Origin: Macrostomum lignano
Taxonomy: Eukaryota
DNA: 64,000 nt
Assembly: GCA_002269645.1 (NCBI GenBank)
Contig: NIVC01000070.1
Span: forward strand, 744,001 to 808,000
Direction: 5' to 3'
Part shown: positions 41,826 to 52,561 of the stretch, in pieces
How positions within the stretch are numbered: the stretch's first letter is position 1
How the letters are laid out: the number at the start of each line of letters is the position of its first letter
Notes under the pieces: generated by a model
The model's input: only the letters and a program-made list of their open reading frames with translations
Told to the model about the DNA's origin: nothing
Databases searched by the model: none
Made by a program: the position numbers and the translations under genes

Positions 41826-42262
41826 TGTGACACTGGAGTGACAATATTATGACACTGGAGTGACAATACTGTGACACTGGAGTGACAATACTGTGACACT
41901 GGAGTGACAATACTGTGACACTGGAGTGACAATACTGTGACACTGGAGTGACAATACTGTAACACTGGAGTGACAATACTGTGACACTGGAGTGACAATA
42001 CTGCGACAATTGACTAACAATGGAGTGACACTGGAGTGACAATACTGCGACAATTGACTAACAATGGAGTGACACTGGAGTGACAATACTGCGACAATTG
42101 ACTAACAATGGAGTGACACTGGAGTGACAATACTGCGACAATTGACTAACAATGGAGTGACACTGGAGTGAAAATATTGTGACAATTGACTAACAATGGG
42201 GTGACACTGGAGTGAAAATACTGTGACAATTGACTAACAATGGGGTGACACTGGAGTGACAC
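41826..42262. repeat. 22/44-bp minisatellite GTGACACTGGAGTGACAATACT
   Basis: Direct periodicity. Confidence 0.93.
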
Positions 42263-42338
42263 TGCTGTGATACTATACCGTGGCACTACAGCTACACAAC
42301 CCTCCCAAGAAGCGCTACCAAGAGAGCAGTTATAATTC

Positions 42339-44260
42339 TCACTTCTTATTTTTGCCTTTGCCAGCAGCAGGCGCGGGCTCTCCGTCTTCGAGTCCCACCC
42401 GAGGCGCAGCGGCAGCAGCAGTCATGGCAGTAAAGTCGAAACCGTCAATACCGCCAGCTCCGACTCCGTCGCAGCCGCTGCTAACCGGATTCTGCAGCAG
42501 CTTGAGAAAGTCCGCCTGCTGCTGCTGCATAGCCGTCAGCTCAGCCACCAGCTGCTGCCTGACCGGGGCCGACCCGGCCTCGAACACAAACGTTGCCACA
42601 TCGCCTGGCGTGACATCCGTGACAGCGAATAGAAGGGCCGACTCGCCAGACTCTGCGGCCGAATGATAATTGGAATTGAATCGCATATTATTAACCTTGA
42701 CTTTGCCTCTGTACAGGTAGACTGTCTGCAGGGCGGCTGCGGAGGTGTCGGCCAGTTGCATGATACTGTGCCGGCTGGCTCGCTGCTGCAGAAGCGGGGT
42801 GCCATTGTTGCCAGTGGCCTTCGGCTCCGTGACCAGCATCATCTGGTCGAACAGAAACACCTTGCGCTGCTCGAATTTCAGCTGGCTAACAGCGGGATTA
42901 ACAGCCGGATTGTACAGGTGTCCGGGCAGGTGGCACACGTTGAGCACAGCTTTGCAGCGCATCTGGCCCAGGGCGGTTACGCGAATACCCGGCTCCAGAT
43001 GATCGATTCTCGATGCCTCCATAATGCTCTCAGTTTTGCATGGCAGCTCGCGCATCAGGCGGTGCACCCGCTCCCAGGCTGCCAGGGCCGGGCCGCTGAG
43101 GCCGTCTTTGCGCGCCTTCTCAACGATGACGCCAACTAGGAGGCTGTACCGCATGCAGCGCTGCACCGGGTTCATCAGGTGCGAGTTCATGTCCTCCTTG
43201 TCTCTCAGCGCTAGCCTGACCTGCTCAAAATAGTCTTTGTGCTGTTCGCAGGCGATGTGCTGAGCCTTGCGATGGTTCTCGCAGTACTTGGAGTACCAGC
43301 TGGTGAGGTGGCGCTCCTTGGCTATGAACACATCCGCCACGCTGTCCAGGCCGCTGGTCTCCACAGCCTGCCGGGCCCTGGCCAGCAGCTCCCTGTGCCC
43401 ATCCAGCAGCCGGAGCCAGTTGCCCCACACCAATCGCCATTTCTCCTTCAGATCAGCCGGCGGGCTCGGCAGCTGGTCAAGCGTTGCAGCTTCATCCTTC
43501 AACGGTATATAGTGCCTGGCAACAAACTGCAGCTTGTTGACGTAGCTCTCCTCCGACTCCATCAGTTCGTAGATCGCGTGCTGGCGTCGCTGGGAGCTCT
43601 CTGCGCTGCTAGTCGACACGGAGCCCGCATCGTCGCCATTGCCGCCTCCGCCGTTGCCGCCGTGATCAGCAGAGGACGCCAGATTATGCTGATGATTCGG
43701 ATTCGAACCCACCGACAACGAATCGGCTGGGACGGCGGGACTTGCGCTGCTGCCGCTGGCGCTGGCCGAGTCTCCGTCCGCTGGCTCAGCAGCTGCGGCT
43801 CCGCCGTTGCCGCCGCCGCCGCCGTTCGACTCGCCCGGAGGTGGCGACGGAGATGGCGAGCAAGACGAACAGTCGCTGTTATTGTTGTCCGCTCCACCGC
43901 CGCTGCCGCCGCCGGCACCTCCGGGTCCGTCGCCGCCGCCGCCGCCTCTCCGGCGGGCTTCGCATTCGGAATCGTCGCACTCAGTTTCGCCTTCGTCATC
44001 CTCAGCTTCCTCGTCTCCTTGATCCTCTTCGTCCTCTTCGATTAGATCGTCCTGGTAGCAGCGGCCCTCAACGATGGCCTGGCCGAGATCCGTCTCGGTC
44101 TCCTCGCCTTCGTTGTCCAGAGCTGGCAGGTCCTGCAGGGCCTCCATAGGCGGCGGCAGCTCCAGCTCCACTGATTCTTCGCTGACATTGTCCAGCAGGG
44201 CGTCTTTGATAGCCGGCGCTGGCTGCTGAGTGCCCGATATCTGCTGCGGCTGCTGTTGGG

Positions 44261-44291
<31 letters not shown>

Positions 44292-45347
44292 AGACTTGAG
44301 CTGGGCAGCTGCCAGCTTCTTTGGCAGAGCGGCGGCGGTCTCCAATAATTCAGATTTGGACGAACGGCGGAACGGCTTCTTAGTCTTGGGAAGCCACTTG
44401 CGGAAGGAGGTGCGCGGCTGCTGCTGCGGCGGCGGCGGCTGCTGCTGTTGCGGCGTCTTGCGCAGAATTGCGGCCGGCAATTGACCTTCGCTGTTATCGC
44501 TGAGCAGCCTAACGGAGGCGATCTCGCCCGGCAGGAGTTCGATAAGCTCGCACAGCTGACCAGCCGACACTGTGAGCTCGCCGGGCTTGGAAGCCTGGTA
44601 GTCCTCCTGAACCGAGCACTCCACCGCCGCGCCCATGCTGCTGTCCGAAGACTTACTACCGGTTGACAACGAGTTGCGCGGATAAAGACTCGGCATGCAG
44701 CAGAATTTATCTTGGATATTCTCGCGCATCAGATTCACCCACTGCTGCTTGGTCTCCAGGCAGTTGGCCTTAAGAATCAGCCGGTACTCGTCTCTGATTG
44801 GCGCCCCGGCTGGCCACATGCCGAATTTGCACGGGTCGCTGTCCACCTGTTCGGTGATTGAGCAGTTCGACAGGGCGAATTTCTGCTTGAACTGGTAGCG
44901 AGTCTTTGTACCGCTGACGTAGCCGCCGCCTCCGCCGCCGCCGCCGCCGCCGCTGTCCGAGTCGCTAACCGCGACCTCCTTGGCGAAGACAATGAACAAG
45001 TCAAATAGGAACACGTGGCGGTCGCGGCCCTTCCGAATCAGCTGCCGCGGCTCCCAGACCACGAATGAGTCGTGCAGAAGTACATCGCCGAATCTGGCCA
45101 GACGGTCACCGTCAGGAAGGCCGTCCAGCATGCTGAGGTGTAGGGCGTCGTTCGCCTTCTTCGGCACGGCAATCATTGCGTCCAGGCCTTCTTGAATTTC
45201 GCTAGTAGAAGCCAGCTCGCAGTTGTCTAGCAGCTCCTTCAGCAGCAGCTGGTATTTGGTGATGCGCTGGACTGGCTTGATCAGGTAGCTCTGCAGCGGC
45301 CCGTTGATGCTCAGGCGAGCCTGCACCTCTTCGAAGAAGCTGCCCGC
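42339..45347 (-). CDS. TRIO: Trio last exon (3009 nt: DH1 C-half, PH1, SH3, DH2, PH2)
   Basis: Acceptor GGCAACAG|AGSFFEEVQ; uninterrupted ORF. Confidence 0.93.
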
Positions 45348-48300
45348 CTGTTGCCAAGGGGGGGGGAGAATGGTGCGGATTGAGAAACTGGAGCTTTGGG
45401 CACATATAACTCAAAGTCCCATCTCCCAGTCCCCAAATAGTCCCATCTCCCAGTCCACAAACAGTCCGATCTCCCAGTCCCCAAACAGTCCCATCTCCCA
45501 GTCCCCAAACAGTCCGATCTCCCAGTCCCCAAACAGTCCCATCTCCCAGTCCCCAAACAGTCCCATCTCCCAGTCCCCAAACAGTCCCATCTCTCAGTCC
45601 CCAAACAGTCTCATCTCTCAGTCCCCAAAACAGTCCCATCTCCCAGTCCCCAAACAGTCCCATCTCCCAGTCCACAAACAGTCCCATCTCCCAGTCCCCA
45701 AACAGTCCCATCTCCCAGTCCCCAAACAGTCCGATCTCCCAGTCCCCAAACAGTCCCATCTCCCAGTCCCCAAACAGTCTCATCTCTCAGTCCCCAAAAC
45801 AGTCCCATCTCCCAGTCCCCAAACAGTCCCATCTCCCAGTCCACAAACAGTCCCATCTCCCAGTCCCCAAACAGTCCCATCTCTCAATGGTCACCGGCTC
45901 CAACAACCATAGCACCAATCGCACACTCACCTGCGAGATGAGCAGCTCAGCAGAGTCGGTCTTATTAACGCAGTACTCAACATAGAGCGCAGCCAGCTGC
46001 TTGCCAAAGCTGACAAAGCAGTGCCCGGTGTCCTCAGGTAGGAAGCTGCTGGCGTATTTCTCCAATTCGCCAAGAAAGGTGCCGTTATGAAAATCGTATA
46101 TCGCTTCAATATTGCCGAATATGATTCGCTCCTTGCCAACAATGCCGGGCGGTGTCTGAAGTGCAGGTGGCAGCATAGTGAAGGATGGCATATATTGTCA
46201 AACTGTAGCTTCAGAGAACACAGCAGACTGAGGCAATTCGCGTAAACAGTCAACAAGGAATCCAGGGGCTTAATAGACAGACCGGGAAACAGGCCAAGGC
46301 TGCGCTGATTCTTATTGGCTAAAGCCGATGGGTCGAAAAAATTGAAAAATCCCTTTGGGTAAATTATTTTCGGCACTTAATCTTGCCAAACGGAAATCCT
46401 AGATCTCCTAACGGAAATCCTAGATCTCCTAACGGAAATCCTAGATCTCCTAACGGAAATCCTAGATCTCCTAACGGAAATCCTAGATCTCCTAACGGAA
46501 ATCCTAGATCTCCTAACGGAAATCCTAGATCTCCTAACGGAAATCCTAGATCTCCTAACGGAAATCCTAGATCTCCTAACGGAAATCCTAGATCTCCTAA
46601 CGGAAATCCTAGATCTCCTAACGGAAATCCTAGATCTCCTAACGGAAATCCTAGATCTCCTAACGGAAATCCTAGATCTCCAACGGAAATCCTAGATCTC
46701 CAACGGAAATCCTAGATCTCCTAACGGAAATCTCAAAACTCCAACCGGAAATCTTAAACCCCCAACCGGAAATCTCAAAACTCCAACCGGAAATCTTAAA
46801 CCCCCAACCGGAAGTCTCAAAACTCCAACCGGAAATCTTAAACCCCCAACCGAAAGTCTCAAAACTCAAACCGGAAATCTGAAAACCCGAACCGGAAGTT
46901 TCGAAACCTGAACCGGAAATCTCAATAGTTATATAAACACTGCAACTCCATCACAATACTCACCTGCAAGCCAGAAGGCGGCGAGAACATGGCCTCCTTA
47001 TACTGTGTAATGCAGGTGTGCAAATCTTTCACGTAGACCCGCTCAGTGTTAATCAACTCGTTCAATATGTACCGCCGCTTCTTATCGCCGGCTAGCTGCC
47101 TCTGCTCGGCTTTGGAATCTAACGAGCTGATGCCGCTGCTAGCGGAACCGGAAGCGCCGGAAGTGACGCTACTAACGGAACCCAGACCGGATGAAGCTCT
47201 GGTGCTGGAGTCCTGCTGCTGCTGCGGCTGCTTCTGCTCAGCAGGGGTCTCTAAGCCTAGCAACTGTCGCCTGGCCTTATCAATAGGCACGTAGCGATCG
47301 AACTGAGCAACCAGCTGGCGGATCTGTGCGCAGTGGGGGTGGCCGTTTCTAGCGAAGCTGGTCGCGATGCCGTACAGAATCTCCACCTTCTGCGCGGTGT
47401 CGGGCGGCACGGCTGGCGAGCTTGAGCAGGGCGTCAGCAAGCTCAACAGCTGCTGAGCTGACGACTCAAACGTGACGTATTGTTGACAGAGATCGATGAC
47501 TCGTTTACGCTGAGTCCAAGACTCCAACACCTGACTCTCGGCTTGGGTCAGCTGGTCCTGATCGCTGACTACAAGAGCTTCAACAGAGCCGGCGTGCTGA
47601 CCTCCGCTGCGGTGCAGGTACTTCATGAAGGCCTCCGAGGTGCGCCTGGCGAACCGGCAGCCGCGCAGGAACGCGTCCTTCTGTATGTTGTGCTTCTGGG
47701 CCCGTTCCGTGATCTGCTGCACTCGATCTGGGCCGGGCAGATTCGAGCACGCGTCCTCCGAACGGCTGTAGTCCTTTTGCAGATCCTTCAGCACCTGCGA
47801 CACCTGGATAGATGGGATGGAAGCGAGTGTTATTGAGGTATGCGGTTTAGGGAACAGGTTCACAGAAAATCATTTGAAGCCTGAAATCCATTCACAGGAC
47901 TGTACTAGGGAGAAACTTATTCACGGGATTAGGTTAGAGACTCATGCCCGTTCCCAGAGCTTGATTAGATGCTGATACTCAAGTCAAGGTCTAGATCCCG
48001 ATGAAAACGGTACCCAGGCCAAGAAGCGTCCCAGAGTCAGTTACGTCGCCCCATAGCCGTTGCAGGTAATACAGGTAAAATAGGAAAGAAGTGATTCTGG
48101 ACGACATTAAAATGACGAGATGTCTGTGATTAAAAGTCGCCAAAGAGCCACTTTAAGAGTCGATTTGAGACGTTTTATTGTCTGCGACTCTGAAACGACT
48201 CTGAGGCGACTCTAGTGAGTCTGGGGTGACTCTAGTGAGTATGGGGGAGACTCTAGTGAGTCTGGGGGTGACTCTAGTGAGTCTGGGGGTGACTCTAGTG

Positions 48301-51300
48301 AGTCTGGAGTGACTTAAGTGAGTCTGGAGGTGACTCTAGTGAGTATGGGGGAGACTCTAGTGAGTCTGGGGGTGACTCTAGTGAGTCTGGGGGTGACTCT
48401 AGTGAGTCTGGTGTGACTCTAGTGAGTCTGGAGGTGACTCTAGTGAGTATGGGGGTGACTCTAGTGAGTCTGGTGTGACTCTAGTGAGTCTGGAGGTGAC
48501 TCTAGTGAGTATGGGGGTGACTCTAGTGAGTCTGGGGTGACTCTAGTGAGTATGGGGGTGACTCTAGTGAGTCTGGTGTGACTCTAGTCAGTATGGGGTG
48601 ACTCTAGTGAGTATGGGGGTGACTCTAGTGAGTCTGGGGGTGACTCTAGTGAGTCTGGTGTGACTCTAGTCAGTATGGGGTGACTCTAGTGAGTCTGGTG
48701 TGACTCTAGTCAGTATGGGGTGACTCTAGTGAGTATGGGGGTGACTCTAGTGAGTCTGGGGGTGACTCTAGTGAGTATGGGGGTGACTCTAGTGAGTCTG
48801 GGACTGTGGAGTCGTATCTGAGGCATGCTAGAGTCACAGATTTGCGTCTAGAGGGCATCAGCATCACTTAATGAATTAGTATCGCACTTTTGGCGTCCGT
48901 CAGTCAAACTGAAAAGTCGCACATGAAGCGCTGTAGCTTCACTGTAGAGTCGTCAGTTCATCACTTCTGGGACAATTACGTCTATAAAACTGTCTAGACT
49001 CTAGACAAGACAGTTAAATTAAAAAAATACTTTTTAATGTCTACATTTGGAGTGGATTGAGGATGCAGTCTTTTACCCTACTGTTGAGTAGCACAGTAAG
49101 CATATTATATGATTTTTTTAAAGCAAGCATGGCAAAATACCTACCTGATCAACCGAGATGAACCAGTTCAATGCGGCATTAATCAATTTCGATCTTTCCT
49201 CTGCAGCGCTGAGAAGTTTGTTCCAACGAAGCTGCAGACTCTGCTCAAAATCGCGCACATCGGCGCACCTTGGATGATCGGATTTCACCTGTTCCAGTTT
49301 AGTAACTAACACGTAGGCAGATGTGAAAGTTCGTTCCAGGGCGTCGCGAAATTTGTCGTGATCGCGTTTTAGCTGCTCCGCCTCGGAGTGATTGTGCGGC
49401 AGCTTGGTGGCCGAGGCTGCCAGCATGGCATCGCCGTTGCTGATCCACTGGATTATCTGGTGGCCTGGTTTAGGATGGGGTGGCGGAGTTTAATTTACAT
49501 CTTGGAGAAGGTTGGTTGGAAATATGCGTACATTGAGGGAAGGAGTTCATGTGGGGTCAGGGGTGGTTGGGGAGAGTGTACGTTGAGGGGTAGGAGTTCA
49601 TGTGGGGTGGGGGGTGGTCGGGGAGAGTGCACATTGAGGGGTAGGAGTTCATGCGGGGTGGCGGGTGGTCGGGGAGAGTGCACATTGAGGGGCAGGAGTT
49701 CATGTGGGATGGGGGTCGTCGGGGAGAGTGCACATTGAGGGGTAGGAGTTCATGTGGGGTGGGGGGTGGTCGGGGAGAGTGCACATTGAGGGGTAGGAGT
49801 TCATGCGGGGTGGCGGGTGGTCGGGGAGAGTGCACATTGAGGGGCAGGAGTTCATGTGGGATGGGGGTCGTCGGGGAGAGTGCACATTGAGGGGTAGGAG
49901 TTCATGCGGGGTGGCGGGTGGTCGGGGAGAGTGCACATTGAGGGGTAGGAGTTCATGCGGGGTGGCGGGTGGTCGGGGAGAGTGCACATTGAGGGGTAGG
50001 AGTTCATGCGGGGTGGCGGGTGGTCGGGGAGAGTGCATATTGAGGGGTAGGAGTTCATGCGGGGTGGCGGGTGGTCGGGGAGAGTGCACATTGAGGGGTA
50101 GGAGTTTCATGTGGGGTGGGGGTGGTCGAAAGTGTACATTGAGGGACAGTAATTCAATAGTCAAGCAATACCTTCAGCCTCCAGCTGGCGCCACTCCAGC
50201 TCAGCATTTAGCCCAGTCCGGCGCTCTTCAACATCCTGAGCCTGGCCGTCCAGCTCAGTCAGCAGCCGCTGCAGCCGGCCCAACGCGTCCTCCTCGTCCG
50301 TGATGTGAAAATCCATGCCGACAGACTCGAACACGTTAATCAATTCACCACCTTTCAGCAGAACTTCTTCGGCACGTTTCACCGCTTGAATGTGCTCTTC
50401 GATGCTCTGCTCGAGCTCTTCTAGCCTCATCTCGGTCGGCTGAGTTGGAAGCTGGGCGGGCAATCTAGACAGCACAGATTGAGCATTTTCCCAGTCCTCT
50501 TCGAATAGGTGCAGCTGTTGGCACAGGTCCAATCGGAGTCGATGATGATCGGCCACTTCTAGCGCGGTGGCAACTTCGGCTCTCACCTGGCTGAGCACAT
50601 TCCTAATATAGGCATCTTCGTCTGGGTCTAGCGACAGATTGAGCAGGTAGGCGCCTTCGTCGCTTAGCTGAGAGTAGCTGGTGTTGGCCATTTGAATGCT
50701 GTCTGCGTGAGCTGCGATGGCCTTCTCAAGCTCTGACGGCTCCATTTGGGGGCATTTCTCCTGCGAATGGCATGCATGGATGGGGGGCTCGAGTAAGGCC
50801 CACAGGCCACTCAGGATAAGCGATTCTAGGTAGGGAAAAGCGATTCTAGGTAGGGAAAAGCGATTCAAGGTAGGGATTAGCGATTCCCAAGATAAGGATG
50901 AGCAATTCTCAATGTAAGGATTAACGATTCTCAGGATAAACGATTAGCGATTATAAAGATAAAGATTAGCGATTCTCAGGATAAACGATTAGCGATTATA
51001 AAGATAAAGATTAGCGATTCTCAGGATAAACGATTAGCGATTATAAAGATAAAGATTAGCGATTCTCAGGATAAACGATTAGCGATTATAAAGATAAAGA
51101 TTAGCGATTCTCAGGATAAACGATTAGCAATTTTCAAGGTAAGGATTAGCGATTCTCAAGGTAAGGATTAGCGATTCTCAAGGTAAGGATTAGCGATTCT
51201 CAAGGTAAGGATTAGCGATTCCAAGGTAGGGATTAGCCATTGAATTCATGCCCAGTCAATATCAAGGACATTCCCCCCAACAACCAACCTGAGAACTGGC

Positions 51301-52308
51301 CGTCTTCAACCGGCTGACGAACTCCAGCAGCTCTCTAGTCCGATGATAGAAGCCGGCCGCCACATCCAGCGCCTCTCGCCGGTTTGCCATCGCTCTGGTG
51401 AAACTGTCAATTCGTCGCTTAAGGTTTTCGGCGTCAGTTAACAGGCCGTCGGCATCCATCTCAGCCGACGGCACCAGATCGTCAACCGCTCTAATCAGCT
51501 TATCGGCATTCACTATGGTGTTATTAGCCACCTGCTCAAACTGCATATGAGCATTGTACAGAGTCTCAGCTCTGGCCATGGATTTGCCAACGTACACCTG
51601 TTTGGCTAAGAACGGGTCGCCGTGCTCGCTTAGCCAGGCCAGCACCTGGGCGCAGTCCTGTTTAAAGTGCAAGGAGGACAGCCGGTGGTACAGGTGCTTC
51701 TTCCGTTCGCTGCTAGCGGAGTCCAGGCAGCGATGCGAGTGCAGCAGGCGATGGATCAGGCTCAAGCAGTGCTGGCGGCTGACTTCAAAGTTAATTTCTG
51801 CAACAAGAGCATTAGGAGCCGGAGTCTGCAGGTGAGTAATTATTGCTTTGCCAGCGAAGCAGGCCTCATTATAAGCGGCTTGCTCCTGTTCCCACACTGT
51901 CTGCGCTGTTGCCAGGTGGCCTTCAACTTCTTCTATTGATCGGCACCTGTCGCCCAATTGCAGCCTGTCCAGCTGATAGGTCCAGTGGTCCACCCTGCTC
52001 AGATAGTCCTCAGTCCTGTGATGGAAGCAGTAGCTCAAGTCCAGCACTTTGGACCTGTCAGCCAGCACCGTGAGCACCGCCTGCCAGTCCAGGGTGAGCT
52101 CCCTGGACCGCATTGTCATTTCTTTGCCAGCGTAGTGACCGGCTTCGAACAGCTGCTCGGCCACGATTTCTAATTGGCGCATCTGGTCTTTGGCGTTGTC
52201 GCAATTGGCCAGGTAGGTCTTGTGACTGTCAATCAGGGAGATCACCTGGCGGACATGTTGGCAATTAACATTTAATTAGCAATGTATCTGTCTGTCTGTC
52301 TGTCTGCC

Positions 52309-52369
<61 letters not shown>

Positions 52370-52498
52370 GCCTGCCTGTCTTGGTTTCTGACTGTCTGTC
52401 AGTCTGTCTGTCTGCCTGCCTGTCTGTCTGTCTGCCTGCCTGCATGTCTTGGTTTCTGACTGTCTGTCAGTCTGTCTGTCTTAGTGCATTAGTGTCTC

Positions 52499-52561
<63 letters not shown>

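Noticed and set aside
40394-42086. Cys/Ser-rich ORFs
   Set aside because: Translations of the 29-bp and 22-bp arrays.
42280-45195. Long + strand ORFs antisense to Trio, and similar ones opposite STIM and the transposase
   Set aside because: Expected shadow ORFs of GC-rich coding sequence.
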